The notes under the pieces: model-generated | The model's database searches: none | Seen by the model: only the letters and a program-made list of their open reading frames with translations | Told to the model about the DNA's origin: nothing | Shown: in pieces, positions 52,003 to 64,000 of the stretch | How the letters are laid out: the number at the start of each line of letters is the position of its first letter | Numbering within the stretch: the stretch's first letter is position 1 | Assembly: GCF_004010195.1 (NCBI RefSeq) | Contig: NC_057728.1 | Location: 53,154,174-53,218,173 of the forward strand | Direction: 5' to 3' | DNA length: 64,000 nt | DNA from: Chiloscyllium plagiosum | Lineage: Eukaryota | Translations under genes and position numbers: made by a program

Positions 52003-55000
52003 GGTCCAGTCTGTGATTCTAAGACAAGCCTTGAGGTGAACGATGGGATGGTTGCTGGTGTGTGGTTTCAGGCCTAATCTGTTGAGAGCAGGAACCAGGC
52101 CCTAGACACCCACTCAAAGTTGTACTCACTTCTTTTCCTCTTTCCTTGAGGGGCCAGGATGAGGATTAACATTTCGTGAGATTTGACTTTGGGATCTTTC
52201 TAATTTATTCTGATGATCTGTAATGCTGTACTTCGTATTTCTTTGTTTTACTAATTTATTTTTCCCTTGAAGAATTTGTACTGAAGAATTTGTACCTAGG
52301 TACCTTGTACCTAAGATGGCACCATAAGTGGTGACGTGTAAACATTTTGCTGTACATGTGACAACAAAGTTAATGCAAATTCTAATTGTTCAAGTAATGC
52401 TCTTTAAGAAAATCTGCTATTTGCACTTACATGTCTGTCCTCTATGTCACTCCAGGTCCAAAAGTGAAATGTGATTTATTCTGAAATGCCCTCTCTAGTC
52501 ACTCAGATGGGCAATAAATGCAGGCCTACCCAATGACACTCATCATGGATAAATATACACATTACACAGAGTGGGTTTAGAAAGGAGGGAGTAATGGGAT
52601 TGATGAGACTGTGCTATAGTGAACAATATGTACTCCAGGCTGAATGGCCTCTTACGGTATCATTTGGACTCTGTGACAATGATTGCTCATCCTGGTCTCC
52701 AAAGCACTGCATATGTTGTTCCTGCTGTGAGTTTAAATCAAGCAAAACTATTTTCCTCCTCAAGAAGATTTTAGAGTCTAGGCTGACCGCTATTTCATAC
52801 TATCCAGGCCCGTTGACTGTGTCAGCATGCAGACTGACTGGGAAGCCACCGTGGGACCTCAATTGCAATAAACTGCTACATAGCAACACAGAGACCTTGT
52901 AACCTTTCCTCCTCCTGTGCTCCAGCAAGCATTGTAGAGGTCAACTGAAAAATGAAAGCAAATAAATCACGTGACACTTTGAAGAGCATTTGGAAAACAG
53001 TTTGAAATTCCCGAACGTATTTTTCTTTGCAGACTTGCCTGTTGGCACCTCAATGCAAATTCTCCCTGCTCACCGGCCCGACATTGTGAGATCTACTCCC
53101 ACAGCTTGCTTTTTCAGCTACACTTTGTTTCTGGGAGAAGTTCTATTTAACACAAAGAAGGAGCAAGCTTTGAAATTTAATGAAAGCAAAATACAGCCAA
53201 TGCAGGGGATCTGAAATGCAAACAGAAAGTGCTGGAGAAACTCAGCAGGGCTGGCTGTACCTGTGGAGACAGAAACAGAATTGACACTTTGAGTCCAGTA
53301 TGACTCTTCGAGATTTTACAATTTTTTTTTATTACTTAGCCTGCCTCAGTCCATTCCTTTGAACTTGTCTGCACTTGTCCACCTACAATGAATGTGAAGT
53401 TGTATCTGTAAAAATGTTGTTAGGAAATCTACCCTCTAAAAAACAACATAAATAAGCAAAGACAGGACAAGAAAGCTTGATATAGAGAGTCCCACCTCGA
53501 GAAAATGTCACAATGGCACCAAATTGTTATTAACCTCTCAACTTGCAGAACGCAACTGTGTTGGGGAATATTAGTTCTTGTTCACTCTTTCACCTCTTGT
53601 GACCTTTCTCAGCAAAGAAACACTCCCCCTTTTCAGTATTTGTGTGTGAAAATCAGAGAGTGGAGTCACATGAAAGTCTTTGATGGGTTTGTTGTTTGAT
53701 GTTGCCTTATAAACCAGTGCAGCTCCAACCCATCTCCAAATCATCTCCATCGCCCATCGGCAGAAGCTTGAGAAATTTTGATGAAGCTAAGCACGTAAAA
53801 CATCCCCAAAAACAAAATGAAGAATAATAAAGGTAAGGCCAAGGGAAGTGTAATGGGCTGTAGTTTACAATTACTGTTCTGTACTAGTATGGAAAGGAAT
53901 GTGTTACTGAATTGTAAAATCATACTTAAAGCACAGATCAAGCTTGACTCTGCACAGTCCATTGATTGATGAATAAATGACATCGGAGCTGACAGCAGGA
54001 AAGGTGAGACAGGCCAGACTCAATTTATTTCTAGGGAAGAGAAGGGGTGTCCTAATTGAGGTCTTAAATATTTCTAAGGAAAGGGGTCATGTAGTAAAGC
54101 TCTTTCCATTTGTGGAAGAGCCCATAATTAGGGGTCCAAGATGCACAATAGTCATAAATAAGTTAAAAAGGCAATTGGATGGGTATCTGAATAGGAAGAG
54201 TTTGGAGGAATATGAGCCGGGTGCTGGCAAGTGGGACTGGATTAGGTTGGGATATCTGGCTGGCATGGATGAGTTGGATCAAAGGGTCTGTTTCTGTGCT
54301 GTACATCTCCATGACTCCATGACTCTAAGTTCATCAAGGAATTGAAGAAGTACTTCTTCACCAAGGGAATAGTTAGAATGTGAATGTAAGGGGAGAAGGA
54401 AAGCTAGATAAATACATGAGAGAACATTGCTGGATTTCCTGATAGATTGAGATAAAATAGGATAGGTGAGTGTTTGTGTGAACCAGTTGGGTCAATGGGC
54501 TGTTTCAAGGTTAGACATTCTAAGAGTGGAATCTCTACTCCTTTTTGATTCAGCAGGAGAGATTAACATGGAGAAATCTACTGCAGGGCTCTGAATGCCT
54601 GTCAGATCTTTGGGAAATCAGACACTCTCCAATCCTGTCAGGGCTTTCGACTGGGATCAGGACAGTGATTGAGAAGGCCTTTTCTGTCAAGTGCTTTTGA
54701 CCAGTCTAGAGGCTGGTGGATTGGCTACTTCGCTGATGGTGCAGCAAACACTTGACCACCATCATGTCCCAAGATTGAAGACTGAGCCAAGAAACAATTG
54801 AGGGGGAGTGAGGAAGATCTCTCAGGGCTCAAAGGCCAGCCAGCCCACATTGGTGGATCAGTCGTGCGGGCTGGCTCCTGCCACATCCGACTCTGAACTG
54901 AGCTATTTGAATCTCAGTTAGGAACTGACCCTTCAATAGTCAGGTGTTGACCAGTCAAGGGCCTCAATTGGTTGCAGAGTGAACTGGTCTGCCCGAGCAA

Positions 55001-55210
55001 TCTTGAAGTCCAATGTTGGTGGTGTGGGAAAATATTCCAGTTCATCATCATCCCACTTCATTAAAATTCCCTTTCCTTGTCCAGACCTATTGCTTTTCAG
55101 TCCAGAGGAGTTTGGTGTTTGTAAGAGAAGTGAAATTGCTGTCTAACATTCTGTAAGTATTTCTAACTCTACATATGTTTCATTGTTCTTCCTGATGTGT
55201 TGGCCAAGGA

Positions 55211-55280
55211 ATGGGTTTCTCCTGGATGTTGATGTGGGCTGCTCTCCTGCTCCAAGGTTCAGCTGTTGATTCACAAAACA
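55211..55280 (+). CDS. Signal-peptide exon MGFSWMLMWAALLLQGSAVDSQN(T) of an SLRP-like secreted protein
   Basis: ATG at 55211, hydrophobic core, donor A|GTGAGT at 55281 in phase 1, frame-compatible with the acceptor at 61642. Confidence 0.75.
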
Positions 55281-55384
55281 GTGAGTAGCATCAAGAACAG
55301 CATGGTGAAGGGTGGATACAAACTTACTCTCTGTGTTAAACATCAATCTGTCAATGCTCTGGATTTACACATCTCCTATGGGGG

Positions 55385-55910
55385 TGAGCATACCTCCTTT
55401 AAACTTTGCCCCTCTCACCTTAAATCTATGCCCTCCCTGAGAGAAAGACCATCCACCCTATCCATGCCTCTCACAATTTTATATACGTCTGTCAGGTTGC
55501 CCTTCAGCCTCTGACACTCCAGAGAAAACTCCAAGTTTGTCCAACCTCTCCTCATAAAAACTAATGCATTCCAATCCAGGCAACAAACCTCTCATGCATT
55601 CTATCCAGAGTTTCCACTTTCTTCCAATTGTGTGGTGACCAGAACTGTGGTCACCAAACAATATTCCAAGTGTGGCCTGATCAAAGTCTTCTGCAGTTGC
55701 AGTATGACTTGCCAAATTTTATACTCAACGCCCCAACTGATGAAGGGAAGCATGCCATCATCTTCTTTACCACCTTATTCACTTGTGATGCCACTTTCAG
55801 GGAGCTACGGACTTGCACCCCAAGATCCCTCTGTATGTCAAAGCTCCCAAAGGTCCATCCATTTATTGTATACCTTCCTCTTGTATTTGACCTCGCGAAA
55901 TGTATCAACT
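55385..55910 (-). mobile_element. CR1 3' fragment
   Basis: QRDLGVQVRSSLKVASQVNKVVKK. Confidence 0.75.
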
Positions 55911-57129
55911 CATGTTTTCCCATTGTCTTGGTAACCAACAGTCGATTGTCCTAAGACAAGAAATCAGTTCACGTATCTCCTTTTGGTGAAGGAAATCTTC
56001 CATTCTTACCTGGTCTGACCTGCATGGGGCTCCAGCAATGTGGTTGATTCTTAATTGCCCTCTGAGTTCAAGGGTCATTAGGGATGGGCAGCAAATGCTG
56101 ACCTGGCCAGTGCCATCCACATCTCAAGATCAAAAAACCAACACCCACTTCCATCTAGACGGTCAAGGGCAGCTGATACTTGGCAAGTTCCCCTCAGAGC
56201 CACTCACCATCCTGACTTCGAAACATATCACTGTTCCTTCATTGTTGCTGGATCAAAATCCTAAAACTCCCTCCCGAAGGCACTGCAGTGGTTAAAGAAG
56301 GCAGCTCACCATGACCTACTCAAGGGCAACTAGGGATCAACAATAAATGTTGGCCCAGCCAGTGATGCCCACATCCCATGAATGAATAAAAAAAAGTAAT
56401 GACAGTTGCTTAAATATAACAGCTCCAGCAAAATGAGAACGATGTTGCTTCTCTGTAATTTTCAGTCAAATGATTCTCTTTCCTCAATGTGTAATTAGCT
56501 TTCCAGAGAGAGTGTAGTTGTCCACCAGCCACACTTATTTTCAGCTCCAAATTATGGAGTCTTTCAGAAGCCTGCAATCACATTTGAGTCTTAGAATTTT
56601 TACAGCACTGCCAAAGGCACTTTGGCCCATCATGTCCTTGCTAGCCATCAAGCATCCCTGTATTCTAATTCCAAACTGCCTCTGTCATTGGGAGTTCTTC
56701 CACTATTTCTATTTTGAACCTGCCCCTATCTCATACAGTGGTGTTCCCGATGCCTTTGGCACACCCTTCCTGTTTCAAGCCCGTAATGTGATGCTTGTGA
56801 CTGAGTCACTAAGTAGTGCGTTGGAAATTGAGGAAACCATTGCAAGTTAATTTATGCGGTAAAAACAATGACTGCAGATGCTGGAAACCAGATTCTAGAT
56901 TAGTGGTGCTGGAAAAGCACAGCAGTTCAGGCAGCATCCAAGGAGCAGTAAAATCGATGTTTCGGGCAAAAGCCCTACCTGATTTATGCGTATGGTCATG
57001 TGTCCTTTACCCTCATGGCTCCATCTTCTACCCTGCAAATACTCAGCTTACAATAGCTATGCCTCCTCATACATCTAAGTTAGACCAAGTCCTATTGTCC
57101 CCACCCACATTGTGCCTTCTATTCAGCAT

Positions 57130-57735
57130 GGATCGGGGAGACAGGACGCCTACTTGCGGATCATGCCAGAGAACATCTCTGGGACACCTGCACCAACCAA
57201 CCCCACCGCTCTGTGGCTGAACACTTCAACTCGCCCCCCCCCTCCCACTCCATCAAGGACATGCAGGTCCTGGGCCTCCTCCATCGTCAAACCGTAACCA
57301 CCCATCACCTGGAAGAAGAATGCCTCATATTTCGCCTTGGGACTCTGCAACCACACAGGATTATTGTGGATTTCAACAGTTCCCTCATTTCCCCTCTCCC
57401 CCACATTATCCCAGTCTGAAGCCTCAAACACGGCACCCCCTCCTGACCTATCCATCACCTTTCCCATCTATCCGTTCCACCCTCCTCTCTGACATATCAT
57501 CTTCTCCCTCACCTTCATCTACCTATTGCTTTCTCAGTTACCATTCCCTTCCCCAACCTCACCCCCCACCTCCCATTTATCTTTCAGGCCCCCGACCCAT
57601 AAACTTCATTCCTGATGAAGGACTTATGCCGGAACATCGATTCTCCTGCTCCTTGGATGCTGCCTGACCAGCTATGCTTTTCCATCACCACACTCACAAC
57701 TCTGATCTTCAGCATCTGCAGTCCTCACTTTCTCC
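57130..57735 (+). mobile_element. Penelope-like element 3' end: GIY-YIG endonuclease fragment plus terminal repeat
   Basis: IGETGRLLADHAREHLWD...VAEHFNS...EECLIFRLGTLQPH, then a pyrimidine-rich repeat with ctgatgaagg at 57612. Confidence 0.85.
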
Positions 57736-58590
57736 TGCAAGTCCATATAGATCACGTCCCCCGCTCTGCCCTCATCAATCCTCTTTGCTACTTCTTTAAA
57801 AAACTCAATCAAGTTTGTGAGACATGATTTCCCACGCACAAAGCCATACTGACTATGCCTAATCAGTCCTTGCCTTTCCAAATACATGTACATCCTGTCC
57901 CTCAGGATTCCCTCCAACAACGTGCCCACCACCAACGTCAGGCTCACCGGTCTATATTTCCCTGGCTTTTCCTTACCTCTTTTCTTAAATAGTGGCAACA
58001 CGTTAACTAACCTCCAGTCTTCCGGCACCTCACCTGTGACTATCAATGATACAAATATCTCAGCAAGGGGCCCAGCAATCACTTCCCTAGCTTCCCACAG
58101 AGGCCCTGGGGATTTATCCACATTTACGTGTTTCCAGACATCCAGCACTTGCTCCTCTATAATATGGACATTTTTAAAGATGTCACCACCTATTTCCCTA
58201 CATTCTATGTCTTCCATGTCCTTCTCCACAGTAAACACTGATGTAAAATACTTGTTTAGTATCTCCCCTAACTCCTGCGGCTCCACACAAAAGCCGCCTT
58301 GCTGAAATTTTGAGGGGCCCTATTCTCTCCCTAGTTACCCTTTTGTCCTTAATGTATTTATAAAATCCCTTTGGATTCTCCTGAACCCTATTTGCCAAAG
58401 CTATCGCATGTCCCCTTGATGCCCTCCTGACTTCCCTCTTAAGTATACTCCTACTTCCTTTATACTCTAAGGATTCACTCAATCTATCCTGTCTATACTT
58501 GACATATGCTTCCTTCCTTTTCTTAACCAAACTCTCGATTTCTCTTGTCATCCAGCATTCCCTACATTTACCAGCCTTTCCTTTCATCCT

Positions 58591-59298
58591 GAGCTGAAAA
58601 TGTGTTGCTGGAAAAGCGCAGGTCAACCAGCATCCAAGGAGCAGGAGAATCGACGTTTCGGGCATGAGCCCTTCTTCAGGAATGAGGAAAGTGTGGCAAG
58701 CAGGTTAAGATAAAAGGTAGGGAGGAGGGACTTGGGGGAGGGGCGTTGGAAATGCGATAGGTGGAAGGAGGTTAAGGTGAGGGTGTTAGGCCGGAGTGGG
58801 GTTGGGGGCGGAGAGGTCAAGAAGAAGATTGCAGGTTAGGAAGGTGGTGCTGAGTTCTAGGGTTGGGATTGAGACAAGGTGGGGGGAGGGGAAGGTCCAA
58901 ATTCTGTTGGTCTGAACGTAGTCCGGAGTCCGTGTGGGGTCAGTCGGTTCCGTAGGACCTTCCCCTCCCCTCACCTTGTCTCAGTCCCAACCCTCGAACT
59001 CAGCACCACCTTCCTAACCTGCAATCTTCTTCCTGACCTCTCCGCCCCCACCCCCACTCCGGCCTATCACCCTCACCTTAACCTCCTTCCACCTATTGCA
59101 TTTCCAACGCCCCTCCCCCAAGTCCCTCCTCCCTACCTTTAATTTTAGCTTGCTTGGCACACTTTCCTCATTCCTGAATAAGGGCTCATGCCCGAAACAT
59201 CGATTCTCCTGTTCCTTGGATGCTGCCTGACCTGCTGCGCTTTTCCAGCAACACATTTTCAGCTCTGATCTCCAGCATCTGCAGTCCTCACTTTCTCC
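58591..59298. mobile_element. Head-to-head PLE terminal repeats (~308-bp arms, 56-bp spacer)
   Basis: 58591-58898 is the near reverse complement of 58955-59265. Confidence 0.9.
58648..58684 (-). ncRNA. Minimal hammerhead ribozyme motif, intact core
   Basis: AUUC-CUGAAGA-A-GGGC UCAU GCCC-GAAAC-GUC-GAUU. Confidence 0.7.
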
Positions 59299-61642
59299 AC
59301 ATACTGAATCAGAAAATTTTCTTGTACACACTTTTAAAATTCCTGTCCATCTAAAGCCTTAACACTATGGCTGTCCCGGACTGTATTTTGAAAGTTAAAA
59401 TCCCCTACCAAAACAACCCAAATTATGCTTACAGATAACTGACATCTCCTCATAAATTTGTTTCTCAATTTCATGCTGACTATTAGGAGGTCTATAATAC
59501 AATCCCAATAAGGTGATCATCCCTTTCTTATTTCTCAGTTCCACCCAAATAACTTCCCTGGATGTATTTCCGGGAATACCCTCCCGCAGTACAACTGTAA
59601 CGCTATCAAAAAGGCCACTCCCTCTCCTCTCTTGCCCCCCTTTTCTATCCTTCCTATAGCATTTGAAGCCTGGAATATTAGCTGCCAGTCCTGCCCATCC
59701 CTGAGCCATGTCTCTTTAATTGCTATGATATCTCAGTCCCATGTTCCAAGCCATGTCCTGAGTTCATCAGCCTTCCCTGTTCGGCCTCTTGCATTGAAGT
59801 AAATGCAGTTTAATCTATTAGTCCAACCTCGTTTTCTGCTTTGTTCTTGCCTGCCCCAACTCGCTCCCAACTGTACCAGTCTCAGGTTGATCTGTTTCCT
59901 CACTATTCTCCTGAGTCCAACCCCCTCATCTTACTAGATCCTCCTGAGCAGCTCTAGCAAATTTCCCTGCCAGTATATTAGTCCCCTTCCAATTCATGTG
60001 CAATCTGTCCTTGTACAGGTCACTTCTACCATGGAAGAGATTCCAATAATCCAAAAATGTAAACCCTTCTCCCTGAACTAGCCCCTCAGCCATGCATTCA
60101 TCTGCTCTATCCTTCTAATTTCTAACTTCACCAGCTCATTGTACCAGAGTAATCCAGATATTACTACCCTAGAGGACCTCCTTTTTAAATTCCTGCCTAA
60201 CTCTCTATATTCTCCCTTCAGAATCTCATCGTTTTCCCTTCCTAATGCTGTTGGTTCCAATGTGTACAATGTTCTCCCTTTCCATATCTACCATCCATCA
60301 CACCCCCTAGTTTTTGTAAATTCCTCATTGCCTCTGTTGGCTCCAACTGATCTATGTATACTGATAGAATTCGCAACCAAAGACACTTCCTGCAGACATA
60401 ATCAGCAGTAACATGGAAACTCTCCCTTAACCCCCACATCTGACAGGAAGAGCTCATCACTCTACTAAAGGCCATCTTTGCTCCTTCACAATCTAAAGAC
60501 CCGGAAAATAGCACAGTCCTTTTGCTCTAAAGAAAACAGTGCTCCAGGCTAACTTAGTAGTTATGGGTTATATTTTTAAAATTTAATCAAGAGACAGGTA
60601 TCAAGAAAACATATAAGCAAGAAAGAGCCCACTCTACTCACTACCATAGACTTACAGCAAGGTTACATGTTAAAAAGTATGAACTTCTCAGTTCTTGGGC
60701 TGTGAGCTCTCCCACACAGGTTCCTCCAAGGTCAGCTGTGAATTTTGCTGTTTGTTAATTTTTCCTTGACACTCTCCGATGTCCAGAGACAGATGCACTC
60801 AAACAGCAAAGGCAGTAACTGTGCAGATTCACTGCTGTGTCAGTTAGCAGTGTGAGTACCTTTCTCTCTCTCCCATACAGACCATGTGCTCACTGCCTTT
60901 GTCTGTCTTTCTCCCTTTTAAAGGTGCCATTGTTTTGACCTTTATCCCCCAAAGTTCCAAAACAATGCAACAGCATATAAAAAAGTAATTGCTGCTCCTG
61001 GAATTCGAGGAAATCACCTCCAACATCTAAAATACTACAAAAAAGGAGCAGCTCTTACAGCCACAATTTTTTCCCGTACTCCATCATGGCTTACCCAGAA
61101 TCCTTGTTTTTATTCCAGATGAATGAATTAATTAAATTGTAATTCCTTTGCTGATCTTCTGAACTCCTGAGCATTAATCCAGATTCCTAGCCCAGTCACA
61201 TTACCACTAATGCTACCATCCTATGACCTTCCTCTGTGCATGGATGGTTTTCCCATGAATCTTTACAGCATTCCCTTGATCTCTTCTGCTCTGGGTGGAA
61301 CCACTTCCTAATTTGACTGCCTTTAGTTCCAGAGCCCCCCTCCCAGTTTCTAGCACTTGAAGAATTTGCAAGTGTCTGAGTGGTGTTCCGATGCAATACT
61401 CTTTCACAGACAGCAGTTGAGGCCAAAACATTGAATGTTTTCAGGAAGGAGTTAGACACAGTTCTTAGGGCTGAAGAGAAAATGGGAAGAAGGAGCTAAG
61501 ATGGATGACTGCCCGTGAATTTTGAACAGCGAAGCAGTCTCATAAGGCTGAATGGCCTACATCGGCTCCTTATTCCTATGTTTCTATTTCTATTGCTCAC
61601 AGGTTGTAAATTTTGAGGTTGTGATTCCTTTTCTCCCAATAG

Positions 61643-62513
61643 CTACGGAAAGCAGACAGATCGAAGTGCAGATAGCGCGCACCATTCTAATGTCAGCACA
61701 GACTCAGGAATACGTGGACAGGCTTCAAGGTACCAAAGGCACCAACCTCCAGACACCAGGAAAACCAACACTTGCTGCCACTCTCAGGGTTAATGGGTAT
61801 CTGGCTGACCGATTAAGTAATGAGACCACAGCTTCAACTGGCAATAGCCTTTCCCCTGAAGCTCCAATGTTAAAAAGTCTCACTCCAATGTCCAATTGGT
61901 CAGGCCCCGGTAATGCCACAATATCAACCTTCTTGCTCCATAATATAAGTGTCACCTTACGGCCATTGCCAGCGAAAGACATTGCCAACCAGGCCCCAAG
62001 CAAAACAGAAGCCAATCTGATTCAAAAGCTTGCTGTCCACAATAGTTTAGTGCCAATCAGGCAGCTAACCGTGAACCACACCGTTAGCCTGGCCCTTAAC
62101 TCTTCCCAATACTCGGCAGCCGATATCAGAATGCCACAGATGAAGATTTCAACACCCCAGGCAGTAAGGAAGAAAGAAAGTTCCTCCTTCAAACGCGGGC
62201 TGTCGAGGAACCAGACTATCCCCGCACATCAAAGGTTGGTGAGAGGGAGGAACGCCACAGGGGTCAGGGAGAAACTTCCCAAACTAAAGAAAGTCATCAA
62301 ACCAACAAAGCAATCCAGGAAACCTCAAAAGCAACGGTCATCCAAACAGAGCACCAAGAAGCTCAAAGCTCGTGTAAAACTAGATCGGCTGACAAAGCAC
62401 CTGAAGGTTAAAAAAGGGAAAAGCAGCAAGACTGGAAAGAGCAAAGTGAAGCAGACACCCTTCCCCTATTTTGAAGACTATTACTGTCCCCCTCAGTGTT
62501 CTTGCTACGGAAG
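61643..62513 (+). CDS. Large coding exon of a secreted LRR protein (SLRP/podocan/ECM2-like): S/T-rich stalk, Lys-rich tract, start of LRRNT (CPPQCSCYGR)
   Basis: 871-nt stop-free unique sequence; acceptor ttttctcccaatAG (phase 1), donor AG|GTATTG (phase 2); Cx3CxC motif; 8 N-x-S/T sequons. Confidence 0.85.
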
Positions 62514-62575
62514 GTATTGATTTTTTTTTAATATGTTCTGTTATTGATAAAGATCCAAACATTTAACCCATACTA

Positions 62576-62905
62576 CGGGTACACAATCCTTTATCTGAAA
62601 TTCCGAAATCCGAAAAGCTCTGAAATCTTTTCGTGGAGTGTGGAGCGTCATTTTGGCGTGTGATCAGGTGACCCAAATCCACACCCACTCGAACCACGTC
62701 ACTCAGATATGACATGGTGGCATGGCCCAGCACTGGCAGGTTTCAATTCTGTCTCAGCGTTCATACTATTCACACGTGCATCTGCTGTTAGGTAATTTTT
62801 AAAAAATTTCACTGTGAAAATGTCATTTATTCTGAAATCCAAAAAAATTCTGAATTCCAAAAAACAACTGGCCCCAAGGATTTCGGAGAAAGGATTGTGT
62901 ACCTG
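62576..62905. mobile_element. Non-autonomous Tc1/mariner (Tigger/pogo-like) MITE
   Basis: TIRs CGGGTACACAATCCTTTATCTGAAAT / CAGGTACACAATCCTTTCTCCGAAAT, TA on both flanks. Confidence 0.85.
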
Positions 62906-63037
62906 TATTTATCTTACGCTGTTTAGAGCCATGAAAGGTGAAGGGAGTAGGAGGCTTTGTGGAAAAAGCTTACTTTATATACAGTGAACTGTTGTGATCT
63001 GAAATGGGCAATCAATTGATAACAAGAATGATGTCTT

Positions 63038-63316
63038 AGTGGTTAGCACTGCAGTCTCACAGCGCCAGGGACCCGGGTTCGATTCCAGCCTCGGGCAGAC
63101 TGTCTGTGTGGAGTTTGCACAATTTCCGTGTCTGCGTGGGTTTCCTCCGGGTGCTCCGGTTTCCTCCCACGGTCCAAAGATGTGCAGGTCAGGTGGATTG
63201 ACCGTACTAAATTACCCATAGCGTTAGGTGCATTAGTCAGAGGGAAATGGGTTACTCTTCGGAGGCTCGGTGTTGACCTGAAGGGCCTGTTCCCACACTG
63301 TAGGGAATCTAATCTA
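63038..63316 (+). mobile_element. HE1-type V-SINE
   Basis: ggttcgattcc B box, V domain, aatctaatct tail. Confidence 0.88.
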
Positions 63317-64000
63317 AAAAAAAAACTTTCAGGCAGTTGGATAAATACTTAAATCTGCAGGGCAATGGTAACAGAGCAGGGAAAAATGGGACAAATTGGA
63401 TAGCTCTTTCAAATAAGCTAGCACTGCTATTAAAGGCTGGATGGCCTATTTTGTGCTGTGTGATTTGATGGATGTCTACTGCTTCAATGGATCTACTAAT
63501 TTGAATGGAGTAAAGACACAGTAAGGAAAGTTTACTGGAATGGGTTAAGCACTTTTCAAACTTATATTGGCAATTTAGATGCTCTCGAAATGAAAATGTT
63601 GGTGGACAATGCATCCCACTGCAGTTGGCAATCCCACCACCATTCAACATCCACAGCTGCCATCCAAACTGATTGTTCTGTGAACCCAGCGGTGCCCCCT
63701 GGAAGTTATGGCCACCACTGTAACTGCGCGCACTTTGACAAGTCCAAGTGGTGGGATCATGCCTTACAATGGGAACTGCAATGGTCGGGCCCAGGGTGAG
63801 GCGTATTGTTTGGGTTGGCAAGGCTGGATGGCTATGGGCATTTGGGGTGGAGGGCGGGGGGAGGGAGGGGTTGATGGTGGGGCAGACGGTCAGGGAGAAA
63901 GGCTCTAAAAGATGTCTTCACTCCTTCCCAACCGGAGATCTGAGCAGCACCTGTTCCTTCCAAGCACACCATCTAGAAAGTCAAGGTCACACTTATATGG

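Larger units (their letters stand above)
57737..61100 (-). mobile_element. CR1 LINE with 5' UTR, partly deleted ORF1, APE and RT start; same family as 9598-14358; antisense in an intron
   Basis: MAFSRVMSSSCQMW...CRKC, LYYRPPNS, GKYRPVSLT, SQYGF; 5' UTR homologous to about 9700-10260. Confidence 0.9.

Noticed and set aside
53505..53699. ORF MSQWHQIV... as the first coding exon
   Set aside because: No convincing donor in a compatible phase and weak signal-peptide character
55101..55152. Separate exon (ttttcAG ... GTAAGT) directly before the ATG exon
   Set aside because: It would leave a 56-nt intron, too short for typical vertebrate splicing; it could only be an alternative exon
61552..61642. 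ORF-track start MAYIGSLFLCFYFYCS as the protein's signal peptide
   Set aside because: It lies in a CR1-type 3' tail and the intron's pyrimidine tract; the true start is better explained by the 55211 exon
63309..63821. 170-aa minus-strand ORF
   Set aside because: Runs into CR1/SINE remnants with no motif support

Overview
Repeat-dominated vertebrate genomic DNA, most likely a shark: it carries HE1-type V-SINEs, Deu-domain SINEs, CR1 LINEs with an esterase ORF1 and abundant Penelope-like elements (PLEs). Most ORF-track entries are decayed retroelement fragments. Host-gene signal is limited. (i) A + strand secreted protein gene can be reconstructed by splicing a signal-peptide exon the ORF track missed (55211-55280) in phase 1 to an 871-nt exon (61643-62513). 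The large exon encodes an N-glycosylated S/T-rich stalk, a very Lys-rich tract and the start of an SLRP-type LRR N-terminal Cys cluster; a candidate TATA/CCAAT promoter lies near 51.9 kb. (ii) A candidate signal-peptide exon of a divergently transcribed gene lies on the - strand (8544-8650). The most notable non-coding signal is more than a dozen minimal hammerhead-ribozyme motifs of several stem-II types in PLE terminal repeats, some with intact cores, arranged in tandem or head-to-head. Other features: an internally deleted PLE, a 33-bp minisatellite that appears to have arisen inside a SINE, a perfect inverted triplication, a 5'-inverted CR1 and a TA-flanked MITE. I see no evidence for a wholly new system; the ribozyme class is known from PLEs. 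Boundaries of decayed repeats are approximate.
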